A stretch of DNA of 60,109 bases, filler included. It is 6 parts of 6 records of this genome, joined end to end, with 100 filler letters (N's around TTAATTAATTAA, not from the genome) between each part and the next. Parts side by side here need not be neighbours in the genome. Positions count along the whole stretch, not along the records: positions 37,668 to 45,394 come from DRR723986_1310; positions 45,495 to 54,046 come from DRR723986_1311; 4 more parts are not named here. One strand, given 5' to 3'. Under the pieces are notes generated by a model. That model saw only the letters and a program-made list of their open reading frames with translations. It did not search any database and was not told where the DNA came from. The stretch's first letter is position 1. Every line of letters begins with the position of its first letter. Shown one piece after another: positions 39,852 to 49,158 of this stretch. Position numbers and translations under genes: made by a program.

Positions 39852-41855
39852 ATGGCCGCCGCCAAGCAAGCAAAGCTGTTCGACCAAATGAGCTCCGACA
39901 CGTCCGGTTACTCCGCCAAGGACATTGAAGTCCTCGAAGGGCTTGAGCCTGTCCGCAAACGCCCCGGTATGTATATCGGCGGCACGGACGAGCGCGCCTA
40001 TCACCACCTCTTCGCTGAGGTGCTGGACAATGCGATGGACGAAGCCGTCGCCGGCCACGCCAACCGGATCGAGATCGATCTCGACGCCGAAGGCTACCTG
40101 ACCGTCACGGACAATGGCCGCGGCATTCCGGTCGACCCGCACCCGAAATTCCCCAAGAAATCCGCCCTCGAAGTCATCATGACCACGCTGCACTCGGGCG
40201 GGAAGTTCTCCGACAAGGCCTATGCCACAGCGGGCGGCCTGCACGGCGTCGGCATCTCGGTGGTGAACGCCCTGTCCGAGCATGTCGAAGTAGAAGTCGC
40301 GCGCGACAAGCGGCTATATCGCCAGTGCTTCTCCCGCGGACTCGTCGAAGGCAAGCTGGAGAAGGTCGGCGCAGCGCCGAACCGGCGCGGCACGTCGGTG
40401 AAGTTCAAACCTGACCACCAGATCTTCGGCGACAAGATGCGCTGGCGCCCGGCGCGCCTGTTCCAGATGGCGCGCTCGAAGGCCTATCTCTATCGCGGCG
40501 TCGAAGTGCGCTGGAACTGCGACCCGTCCCTCCTTCCTGAAGATTCCAAGATCCCGGCTGAGGCTGTCCTCTCCTACCCGAATGGCCTCGCTGACCAGTT
40601 GGCGGAAGTGTTCGGCGGCAAGGCGACGATCACCGAAGCGCCGTTCACCGGCCTTGTCGACATGGGCGCCGAGGGCAAGGTGGAATGGGCTATCGCGTGG
40701 ACACAGGCCGGCTTCGGCGAGAGCGACGGCTTTGCCCGCTCCTACTGTAATACGATCCCGACACCCGAAGGCGGCACGCACGAGGCGGGCTTCCGTTCGG
40801 CGATCACCAAGGGCCTGCGCAATTTCGGTGAGCTGACCGGCAACAAGAAAGCCGGCGACATCACCGCTGACGACATCATGGGCCATTCGGGCCTGTTACT
40901 GTCTGTCTTCATCCGCGGCCCGGAATTCGTCGGCCAGACGAAAGACAAGCTCTCCACCACCGCTGCCTTCCGCCTCGTCGAGAACGCTGTGCGGGACCGG
41001 TTCGACCACTGGCTGGCCGGCAGCCCGAAAGAAGCCGACAAGCTGCTGACCTGGGCGATCGACCGCGCCGATGAGCGCGCGCGCCGCAGGAAACAGAAAG
41101 AAATCAACCGCAAGTCCGCAACCAAGAAGCTGCGCCTGCCCGGCAAGCTGGCGGACTGTTCGGAAAAAGGCCCGGACGAGACCGAGCTGTTCCTCGTCGA
41201 GGGAGACTCGGCTGGCGGCAGCGCCAAGCAGGCGCGCGACCGGAAAACGCAGGCCATCCTGCCGCTGCGCGGCAAGATCCTGAACGTCGAGAGCGCCTCG
41301 CTCGACAAGATGATGGCCAATCAGGAGATCAACGATCTCGCCCTGGCGCTCGGCACCCAGCTCGGCAAGAAATTCGCCATCGATGACCTGCGTTACGAGC
41401 GCATCATCATCATGACCGACGCCGACGTGGACGGCGCCCACATTGCGGCGCTGCTGATCACCTTCTTCTACCGGATGACGCCGGGACTCATTGAATCCGG
41501 ACGACTTTTCCTGGCGATGCCGCCGCTCTACAAGCTCTCCAACAAGGGCACGATCGTCTATGCGATGGACGATGAGGACCGCGCGGCGAAGATGAAAGAG
41601 CATTTCAAGCCGAACCAGAAGGTCGACATGACGCGCTTCAAGGGTCTCGGCGAGATGAACCCGGCGCAGCTGAAAGAGACCACGATGAACCCGGCCACCC
41701 GCACGCTCGCCCGCGTGACGCTGCCGGATTCCATGGACGAGCTGACCGAGATGAAGCCCGCCGAACTCATCAACACGCTGATGGGCAAGAAGGCTGAGCT
41801 GCGCTTTCGCTTCATTCAGGAAAACGCGGCCTTCGTGGAAGACCTGGACATTTAA
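39852..41855 (+). CDS. parE: DNA topoisomerase IV subunit B
   Basis: EVLEGLEPVRKRPGMYIG, GGLHGVG, LPGKLADC, VEGDSAGGS, MTDADVDG; 667 aa, shorter than a proteobacterial GyrB. Confidence 0.93.
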   Translation: MAAAKQAKLFDQMSSDTSGYSAKDIEVLEGLEPVRKRPGMYIGGTDERAYHHLFAEVLDNAMDEAVAGHANRIEIDLDAEGYLTVTDNGRGIPVDPHPKFPKKSALEVIMTTLHSGGKFSDKAYATAGGLHGVGISVVNALSEHVEVEVARDKRLYRQCFSRGLVEGKLEKVGAAPNRRGTSVKFKPDHQIFGDKMRWRPARLFQMARSKAYLYRGVEVRWNCDPSLLPEDSKIPAEAVLSYPNGLADQLAEVFGGKATITEAPFTGLVDMGAEGKVEWAIAWTQAGFGESDGFARSYCNTIPTPEGGTHEAGFRSAITKGLRNFGELTGNKKAGDITADDIMGHSGLLLSVFIRGPEFVGQTKDKLSTTAAFRLVENAVRDRFDHWLAGSPKEADKLLTWAIDRADERARRRKQKEINRKSATKKLRLPGKLADCSEKGPDETELFLVEGDSAGGSAKQARDRKTQAILPLRGKILNVESASLDKMMANQEINDLALALGTQLGKKFAIDDLRYERIIIMTDADVDGAHIAALLITFFYRMTPGLIESGRLFLAMPPLYKLSNKGTIVYAMDDEDRAAKMKEHFKPNQKVDMTRFKGLGEMNPAQLKETTMNPATRTLARVTLPDSMDELTEMKPAELINTLMGKKAELRFRFIQENAAFVEDLDI

Positions 41856-41986
41856 GGCAGGTGCCGTACCGGCGCCTCGCGCCTCACAGGAACCAGGCTC
41901 CGGGCGAGCCGGCCTTTTTGTAATTTGTTGACTTGCGGCCCGTCCGCCCGAACACTCCCCTCATAAAAATAAGGGGAGGAAAAACA

Positions 41987-42409
41987 GTGTACTCACAGAA
42001 AGACTGGCTGCTCATCTTCGGGGCTGGCCTGTTCCTGCTGGGCCTCGTCACAGGCTTTGTCGGGCCGCTTTTGCTCAATCCGCGGATGGGCCTGTCCTCG
42101 CATCTGGAGGGCCTGATGAACGGCACCTTCCTGATTGCCGTCGGCGCGATCTGGGACCGGGTCCACCTCGGCCCGGCGCTCAAGAAGACGGCATTTGGCC
42201 TGTTCCTGTTCGGCACGACCGCGAATTGGGCGACCGTTTTCCTCGCCGCGGCCTGGGGCGCGAGCGCGCTGATGCCGATCTCCGGCGCGGGCCATACGGG
42301 CACGCCGTTTCAGGAAAATATCATCGCGACGCTGCTGATGGTGCTGTCTTTCGCCATGCTGATCGCGACCGCACTGATGCTCGCCGGGCTCCTGCGCAAA
42401 CGCGCCTGA
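41987..42409 (+). CDS. Four-TM membrane protein, StyC (styrene oxide isomerase)-like
   Basis: GTG start after GGGGAGG; four hydrophobic helices; SSHLEGLMNG resembles the H-x5-NG heme-ligand segment of StyC. Confidence 0.6.
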   Translation: MYSQKDWLLIFGAGLFLLGLVTGFVGPLLLNPRMGLSSHLEGLMNGTFLIAVGAIWDRVHLGPALKKTAFGLFLFGTTANWATVFLAAAWGASALMPISGAGHTGTPFQENIIATLLMVLSFAMLIATALMLAGLLRKRA

Positions 42410-42504
42410 GGTGGTGGATAAGGGCCTCGCCGGACCATGTAAAACACCGTGTAAAGACCGTGTATGGACCATTTATACGCGGCTAGCGGGGTGCTCCTAG
42501 GCCT

Positions 42505-42615
42505 TCTGGAGCCGACAATGAACAGGATCGCCACCAGCGCATCGACACAGTCATAGACCGTACCATAGGCGACATAGACCTCCCTGTGGCGCGGCATCGT
42601 AGTACACTTTTGTTC
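42505..42615 (-). pseudogene. Possible YrhK-like membrane protein remnant
   Basis: RHREVYVAYGTVYDCVDALVAILFIVGS resembles a YrhK-family N-terminus, after which similarity stops. Confidence 0.35.
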
Positions 42616-42720
42616 GTTCGGAACGGCTCTCCCGGGTTTGAAGCGAGGCACTTGGCGCAGCGGCCCGTAAATCAGGTGGCGGCACCCGGTCGGTCCACTA
42701 GCAATTCAGTTTTCAAACTT

Positions 42721-43137
42721 TCAGGAAGTCTCCACTTGATGGGCGGCAACACTTACATCCTTCTCAACGAGTGTGCCCCATTCTCCTCTGCCTTCTCGAC
42801 ATCTCAATACTAACTTTCCAGACTTATCAATCGAAATCGGTATTGGAGGAGTAGCAAATAGATCAGGTTCAGTTCCGTTTGCATTTAGTTGTAATTCGAC
42901 CCCGGATTTCGGCTCGTCATTTAGACAGAATTGAAATTCCAAATCAAAGACCCCTGTTGTCTTTGGAATAAGCTCACAAAAGAGTCGGAGCATAATTTGG
43001 CCTGGAATTTGGGATAATATAATGCTGTAGGAATACACCCCTATCAGTATGTACTTTCCCGTATCTTCTCTTCTTACATCGTCACAGAGAATGGGGTTTC
43101 TGAGCACGATGTTTTTAAGCTCAACATGACCACTCAT
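42721..43137 (-). CDS. Beta-rich hypothetical protein (DUF6941-like), third gene of low-GC operon
   Basis: ILCDDVRREDTGKYILIGVY motif with alternating beta-strand pattern; ATGA overlap with the upstream gene. Confidence 0.75.
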   Translation of the reverse strand: MSGHVELKNIVLRNPILCDDVRREDTGKYILIGVYSYSIILSQIPGQIMLRLFCELIPKTTGVFDLEFQFCLNDEPKSGVELQLNANGTEPDLFATPPIPISIDKSGKLVLRCREGRGEWGTLVEKDVSVAAHQVETS

Positions 43138-43613
43138 CTGGTTCCGACCCCTGATACAGATACTGTAGTTCCATGCCGCGTGCTCGTGGTGGGCAAAGAC
43201 CTATCTGAAATATGTACCGTACCCGAACTTGTTTGTGTTGGCGACGACACGTGAATGGCCGGAGCGGAAACATGACCATAGTCTATGGCCCACTCGTGAG
43301 CAAAATTGGGAGTCAGTCGATCATCAAACTTTACGATATTGCAATCCATCTCCGCATCGAGAGACAACAATAAGTCACTAAGCGTGTCCAAAGTCAGATT
43401 TGATGGTTGTGACAACCACCTTGTAATTTGAGATGGGTCTTTTTTGAGTTTTTCAGCGACAATCTTTTTGGTAATCCCAGTTTCCTCAGCTTGCTGCTGG
43501 AAAAAGAGGATCAATTCGGAGAAAAACCGATTGCGAGTGCGCTCTCTTTGGTAGAATAATTCGCGATCGCAAATAGGTTCCACGGCACTACCTTCATTTA
43601 AAATATTTTCCAT
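43134..43613 (-). CDS. XRE/Cro HTH protein (putative antitoxin) with disordered Ser/Thr-rich C-terminal tail
   Basis: GITKKIVAEKLKKDPSQITRWLSQPSNLTLDTLSDLLLSLD is an XRE HTH pattern; the ATG at 43613 overlaps the upstream gene by 20 nt. Confidence 0.8.
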   Translation of the reverse strand: MENILNEGSAVEPICDRELFYQRERTRNRFFSELILFFQQQAEETGITKKIVAEKLKKDPSQITRWLSQPSNLTLDTLSDLLLSLDAEMDCNIVKFDDRLTPNFAHEWAIDYGHVSAPAIHVSSPTQTSSGTVHISDRSLPTTSTRHGTTVSVSGVGTR

Positions 43614-44103
43614 CCAAAGCTCCACTAACCAGGTCTTTAATCTCTGTACTGTCCAAAGGTTTGTAGGTGTGGCAAAGAGCTCTCCATTCGGCTTTGGCCC
43701 GAGACTTCGCATCTTTCCACGCCTTGGATTCAAACTCTCCCAGTTGACATCTGAATTCGTGGTGAGTTGCCACGAAGACATCCTTTTCTGCAAAGAAACC
43801 GAGCACCCGAATGGACGGAGTTGGTCGCACTGATCGAATCTCCCAAACGCAATCACGTGGAGGATGCAGCAAATAAAGGTACTTTGGATCGATAGGCTGA
43901 CCTTCTACAAAGCGCTCTAAAGTGGCTCGAAGCTGCGCTACACGAAGGTCCCATTCAGGGGCTCCAATAGGAGAATTGAGAACATCCCACAGTTCCTCTG
44001 ACACAAACATCATCCGCCTCGGTGAAGTGCCGGGCCTCAAAGGCAAAAGAGGGAACAACATTCCCTCATCAACCCTGTGTTTCAATGTAGCTCTAATTGA
44101 CAT
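43594..44103 (-). CDS. Putative RelE/HigB-like toxin
   Basis: LHPPRDCVWEIRS...SIRVLGFF...VFVATH matches the RelE/ParE-fold beta-sheet pattern; directly upstream of an HTH gene; alternative TTG start at 44112. Confidence 0.65.
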   Translation of the reverse strand: MSIRATLKHRVDEGMLFPLLPLRPGTSPRRMMFVSEELWDVLNSPIGAPEWDLRVAQLRATLERFVEGQPIDPKYLYLLHPPRDCVWEIRSVRPTPSIRVLGFFAEKDVFVATHHEFRCQLGEFESKAWKDAKSRAKAEWRALCHTYKPLDSTEIKDLVSGALDGKYFK

Positions 44104-44112
44104 AAAAGTCAA
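44097..44112. promoter_or_regulatory. Palindromic putative operator over the toxin start codon
   Basis: TTGAC-ataaaa-GTCAA. Confidence 0.55.
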
Positions 44113-44264
44113 CCTAAATGATTCTACTCATCTGCAATCTAAGCTTTATCATTACGCCACCTTAAGTCGACAAAAACTACCCCTAACAATTACACGCACG
44201 ACAACAAGAATTTCAAAGGCCGTCTTCAATTGCCTCCCTCGCCGTTCCACCCTAAATGCTCTTC

Positions 44265-45394
44265 ATGAGCAAAAATCTGAAAATCCTGGTCGCGCAGCTC
44301 AATCCTGTGGTGGGCGACATCAGGGGGAACCTTGAGCTGGCGCGCGGGGCCTATGCCGAGGCGAACGACAAGGGCGCTGACCTGCTTGTCCTCTCCGAAC
44401 TGTTCATCCTTGGCTATCCGGCCGAGGATCTGGTGCTGAAACCGGCCGCCGTGGAAGACTCCATGAAGGCGGTGCAGGCCCTCGCCGCGGAGACAAAAAA
44501 CGGCCCAGCCGTGATTATCGGCAGCCCCTGGATGGACGGGGCGAGGCGGCACAATTCCGCCGTGCTGCTGAAAGATGGCGCGGTGGCCGGGCGCTATGAC
44601 AAGCGCGAGCTGCCGAACTATGGCGTGTTCGACGAGAAGCGCATCTTCGATGCGGGCGAAGGCCCCCTGCCCGTGTTCGACCTTGGCGGCATTCCAGTCG
44701 GCATCGCGATCTGTGAGGACATCTGGTATCCGCGCGTGCCGTCTGGGCTGGCCGAGGCGGGCGCCGAAATGCTGATCGTGCCGAACGGCTCCCCCTGGCG
44801 CCGCACCGTGCAGGTGGAGCGGCACACTAGCTTCTCCGCCTGGACCAAGACCGGCGTGCCCTACCTTTTCGTGAACCAGGTGGGCGGGCAGGACGAACTG
44901 GTCTTCGACGGGGCGAGCTATGCCGTCGATTTCGACGGGACGGAGCATCAGCTGCTCGGCGATTTCGTCACCGGCACGGCGCTGGTCAATTTCGATGGCG
45001 AGACGCACCAGTTTTCAAGCGAGGCGAAGGCAGAGCTGACCAGCGGCTGGGAAGCCGAATACCGCGCGGCGGTGATGGCGCTCGGCGATTACGTCAACAA
45101 GAACCGCTTCCCCGGCGTCGTGCTGGGCATGAGCGGCGGCATCGACTCGGCGCTGACGGCGGCGATTGCCGTGGACGCGCTGGGGCCGGAACGCGTGTGG
45201 TGCGTGATGCTGCCGTCGAAATATACGTCCTCTGACAGTCTGGAAGACGCGAAGCTGTGTGCCGAGGCGCTCGGCGCGCGCTATGACACGATCAATATCC
45301 GCCCCGGCGTGGACGCGCTGGACGAGATGCTGAGCGAGCAGTTCGCCAGTACGCAGCCGGACACGACGGAAGAGAACATCCAGTCCCGCCTGCG
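44265..45394 (+). CDS. nadE: Glutamine-dependent NAD+ synthetase (3' truncated)
   Basis: AQLNPVVGD, KRELPNYGVFDEKR, ICEDIW, SGGIDS, ENIQSR. Confidence 0.96.
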
Positions 45395-45494
45395 NNNNNN
45401 NNNNNNNNNNNNNNNNNNNNNNNNNNNNNNNNNNNNNNTTAATTAATTAANNNNNNNNNNNNNNNNNNNNNNNNNNNNNNNNNNNNNNNNNNNN
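45395..45494. other. Artificial contig spacer
   Basis: N44-TTAATTAATTAA-N44. Confidence 0.98.
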
Positions 45495-45753
45495 CACCGC
45501 CACCACAATTGTCGCCGCCCCCGTTGGCATTCAGATGGCAAATACGCTCGGGGTGTCCGCCGATCCATTCTTAATGGCTGTGGCCGTTGCCGCCTCTGCC
45601 GCGTTCCTTACCCCCATTGGGCACAAGAACAACACGCTGATCCTAGGCCCCGGCGGCTATCAATTCGGCGATTACTGGCGCATGGGCTTGCCGCTGGAAA
45701 TCCTGATCATTGCCGTTTCCATCCCCGCCATTCTGGTCTTTTGGCCAATGTAG
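45495..45753 (+). CDS. SLC13 family permease (C-terminal fragment)
   Basis: AASAAFLTPIGHKNN...GPGGYQFGDYWRMGLP...FWP. Confidence 0.88.
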
Positions 45754-45812
45754 GCGCCTGTGACCCTCTGCGCCGTTGCCAAATCGTACTCGTGCACGGT
45801 AAAGCCGCGCCT

Positions 45813-46547
45813 ATGAAACCCTTTCTGATCTTGCAGTTGCGCCCCGAAACCGATGCGGCTGATGCCGAGTTCGCCTCGATCCTCGATAAATGCGGCCTGA
45901 CAGCGGACCGCACCCATCGCATTCGTTTGGATTGCGAAGATCTGCCAAAGGGGCTGAACGTCACAGATTATGCCGGCGTCATTGTCGGCGGTGGCCCGGG
46001 ATGCGTCAGCGACGATCCGGCCACCAAACCAGCGGCCGAGGCCCGGATCGAAGCCGCCATTCTTGGCCTGATGCCACAGATCACCCAGCACGATCACCCT
46101 TACATGGGGTGCTGTTATGGTCTTGGCGTTCTAACCGCACATCTGAACGGCGACATGAGCAAGGCCCAATACGGTGAACCCGTTGGCCCTTCGACCTGCA
46201 CGCTGACAGCTGAGGCCGCCACCGATCCCCTGACCCGTGGCCTCGCCCCCCGGTTCGAGGCTTTTGTCGGTCACAAAGAAGCCGTGCAAAGCCTACCGCC
46301 CGGGTGCGTGCATCTGATCGCCTCTGATCCCTGCCCGTTCCAAATGATCCGCTGGGGCGAAAACGTCTATGCCACGCAGTTCCACCCCGAAGCCGACGCA
46401 AATGATTTTGAACAGCGCATCAACATCTACAAAAACCACGGCTATTTCCCACCCGAAGATGCCGACAGCCTGATCGCTGCGTGCCACGCCAGCGACGTGA
46501 CACAACCCGGCGAAATCCTGCGCCGGTTCGTGCAACGCTATGGCTAA
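45813..46547 (+). CDS. Class I glutamine amidotransferase
   Basis: MKPFLILQLRPE, GGGP, GCCYG, TQFHPE. Confidence 0.9.
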   Translation: MKPFLILQLRPETDAADAEFASILDKCGLTADRTHRIRLDCEDLPKGLNVTDYAGVIVGGGPGCVSDDPATKPAAEARIEAAILGLMPQITQHDHPYMGCCYGLGVLTAHLNGDMSKAQYGEPVGPSTCTLTAEAATDPLTRGLAPRFEAFVGHKEAVQSLPPGCVHLIASDPCPFQMIRWGENVYATQFHPEADANDFEQRINIYKNHGYFPPEDADSLIAACHASDVTQPGEILRRFVQRYG

Positions 46548-46621
46548 GGGTATGAAAACCCCCATTGCCTGATCGATAACCCTGCGGCTAAGCTGAACAA
46601 AACGACTTTGGGAGGGTTGTT

Positions 46622-47479
46622 TTGGATCTACTTATCAGTGTTGGATTGCCGCTTGCGCTCGCGATCATCATGCTATCGCTAGGCGTTGGGTTAGAGGCGG
46701 CTGATTTCCGACGCGTGTTCACCCGTGGGTTTCCCTTTGTCATCGGCGCACTCAGTCAGGTTGTGCTGCTGCCGGTTGTGGCCTTTTGCGTTGTAACACT
46801 CTTTGCGTTGCCCCCTGAAATTGCTGTTGGAGTCATGTTGCTCAGCTTCTGCCCCGGCGGTGTCACCAGCAACATCCTGTCCAAACTGGCCCAGGGCGAT
46901 GTGGCCCTATCGGTCACACTGACCGCCGTGATTAGCCTGTTGTCCATCGTGACCGTACCCATTCTAGCCGCTAGCTCGGTCACCTATTTCATGGGCGACA
47001 ACGCCCCCGTTGTATCGGTCACCGACATCGCCATCGCCATGTTCCTGATCACCACACTGCCCGTGGCCCTTGGCCTAACCTTTCGTCACTATTTTCGCGG
47101 CCATGCCATGATGGTCGAGGGGCCTCTGTCCAAATTGGCAACCGTCCTGTTTGTGGTCATCGTAGGCGTCGCCTTGGCTGGGAACTGGCAATTGTTCATC
47201 GACAACTTGGGCATCATGGGTGCCGGATTGATCACCCTCAACCTGTCCCTGTTGCTGCTTGGGCTCATGCTTGCCCGTATGGCTGGGCTGACGTGGCAGG
47301 AAAGCAAAACCATTTCCATTGAAACCGGCATTCAGAACTCGACCCTCGGCATTACTCTGGCAGCTCTGATCACTGGGACCACAACCGGCTTTAGTCCACT
47401 TGCTCTACCCGCCGCCGTCTACGGCATTACTATGTACATCGTTGCCGCCCCCTTCCTCCTTTGGTTCCGTAGCCGCTGA
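46622..47479 (+). CDS. Bile acid:sodium symporter family protein
   Basis: CPGGVTSN, GDVALSV, ETGIQN. Confidence 0.92.
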   Translation: MDLLISVGLPLALAIIMLSLGVGLEAADFRRVFTRGFPFVIGALSQVVLLPVVAFCVVTLFALPPEIAVGVMLLSFCPGGVTSNILSKLAQGDVALSVTLTAVISLLSIVTVPILAASSVTYFMGDNAPVVSVTDIAIAMFLITTLPVALGLTFRHYFRGHAMMVEGPLSKLATVLFVVIVGVALAGNWQLFIDNLGIMGAGLITLNLSLLLLGLMLARMAGLTWQESKTISIETGIQNSTLGITLAALITGTTTGFSPLALPAAVYGITMYIVAAPFLLWFRSR

Positions 47480-47490
47480 AAGGTTCCCCC

Positions 47491-49152
47491 ATGCCCGCAA
47501 ATACCGCAGATGCCATCATTATCGGCTCAGGCCTTGCAGGTCTGGTCGCCGCCGCCGAATTGGGCGATCGGGGCAAACGCGTGATCCTGCTGGATCAGGA
47601 ATCTGAAACGTTTCTGGGCGGTCAGGCCTTTTGGTCCCTTGGCGGGTTGTTCATGGTCAATACCCCCGAACAGCGCCGTATGGGCATAAAAGACAGTCCA
47701 GACCTTGCGATGCGTGATTGGATGGGCAGCGCCCAGTTCGACCGGCCTGAGGATCTGTGGCCGCGCAAATGGGCTGAATCCTATGTTGAATTCGCCGCCG
47801 GAGAAATGCGCCCTTGGCTGCATCAAATGGGGTTGCGCTGGTTTCCTGTTGTCGGTTGGGCGGAACGGGGGGGATCATATGCAGATGGCCATGGCAATTC
47901 CGTCCCACGGTTCCATATCACATGGGGTACCGGACCGGGCGTATTGGAACATTTCGTGCGTCGGGTGCGCGAACATGCCGCCAATGGCTTGATCGACATG
48001 CGTTTTCGACACCAAGCCAGCCATATCATTATGCAAAACGGCAGCGCGACGGGCGTTTCCGGAGAAATTCTGGCGCCTGATACAGCAGATCGCGGAGTGA
48101 AGACCAACCGCGATGAAATCGGCGAATTCGAAGTCTACGCCCCATCCGTCATCGTCACCTCTGGTGGCATTGGCGGAAACTTTGAAATGGTGCGCAAAAA
48201 CTGGCCGCGCGACCGGCTAGGCACACCACCCAAAGACATGATCGCAGGCGTTCCGTTTCACGTAGACGGCCGTATGATCCCGATCAGCCAAAAGGCAGGC
48301 GGACATGTGATCAACAATGACCGCATGTGGCACTATACCGAAGGCGTCAAAAACTGGGATCCGATCTGGCCCTCGCACGGTATCCGTATCCTGCCCGGCC
48401 CCTCTTCGATGTGGTTCGACGCCACCGGCAATCGCCTGCAACCGCCCTGCCTGCCGGGTTTTGACACGCTGACCACGCTCAAGGAAATCCTAAAAACCGG
48501 ATATGAATACAGCTGGTTCGTGCTGACCCAAAAGGTGATCAAGAAAGAATTCGCCCTGTCCGGGTCTGAGCAAAACCCTGATTTCACCTCTGGCAAATGG
48601 GCCGAGGTCATCCGCAAGCGCATTCTGACCGGTGCCAAAGCCACCGCCCCTATCGAAGCGTTCAAAGAAAAAGGCGAGGATTTTGCCGTTGCCAACACGC
48701 TGGGCGATTTGGTGCGCTGCATGAACCAGATGGGCGATGACCTGATCGACGAAACCAACCTGCGCGCCCAGATCGAAGCCCGCGATGCCCAGATCGACAA
48801 CCCGTTTTCCAAAGATGCACAGGTCATGGCCATTCACGCAGCACGCAACTATCGCGGGGATCGCCTGATCCGCACCGCCAAACCGCACAAGTTCCTCGAC
48901 CCAGCCAATGGCCCCCTGATCGCAGTCAAGCTGCACGTCCTGACCCGAAAAACGCTCGGGGGACTGCAAACCAATCTGGACAGCCAGATGGTCGGAGCCG
49001 ATGGTCAGGTGGTGCCGGGGCTCTTCGCCGCTGGCGAGGTCGCGGGATTTGGCGGTGGCGGATACCATGGATACAACGCCCTCGAAGGGACATTCTTGGG
49101 CGGTTGTATCTTTTCGGGGCGCAACGCGGGACGATCCCGCGCTATCGCCTGA
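47491..49152 (+). CDS. FAD-binding dehydrogenase (KsdD-like family)
   Basis: IGSGLAGL, GGQAFWSLGG, HGNSVPRFH, TRKTLGG, LEGTFLGGC. Confidence 0.9.
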   Translation: MPANTADAIIIGSGLAGLVAAAELGDRGKRVILLDQESETFLGGQAFWSLGGLFMVNTPEQRRMGIKDSPDLAMRDWMGSAQFDRPEDLWPRKWAESYVEFAAGEMRPWLHQMGLRWFPVVGWAERGGSYADGHGNSVPRFHITWGTGPGVLEHFVRRVREHAANGLIDMRFRHQASHIIMQNGSATGVSGEILAPDTADRGVKTNRDEIGEFEVYAPSVIVTSGGIGGNFEMVRKNWPRDRLGTPPKDMIAGVPFHVDGRMIPISQKAGGHVINNDRMWHYTEGVKNWDPIWPSHGIRILPGPSSMWFDATGNRLQPPCLPGFDTLTTLKEILKTGYEYSWFVLTQKVIKKEFALSGSEQNPDFTSGKWAEVIRKRILTGAKATAPIEAFKEKGEDFAVANTLGDLVRCMNQMGDDLIDETNLRAQIEARDAQIDNPFSKDAQVMAIHAARNYRGDRLIRTAKPHKFLDPANGPLIAVKLHVLTRKTLGGLQTNLDSQMVGADGQVVPGLFAAGEVAGFGGGGYHGYNALEGTFLGGCIFSGRNAGRSRAIA

Positions 49153-49158
49153 TCTGGC

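Noticed and set aside
39798-40283. Long N-terminal extension of the flavin oxidoreductase ORF
   Set aside because: Mostly an antisense shadow of parE; family similarity begins at MTATINT.
43614-43856. 81-aa N-terminal extension of the HTH ORF
   Set aside because: It lies within the toxin gene in another frame; the ATG at 43613 gives a normal coupled start.
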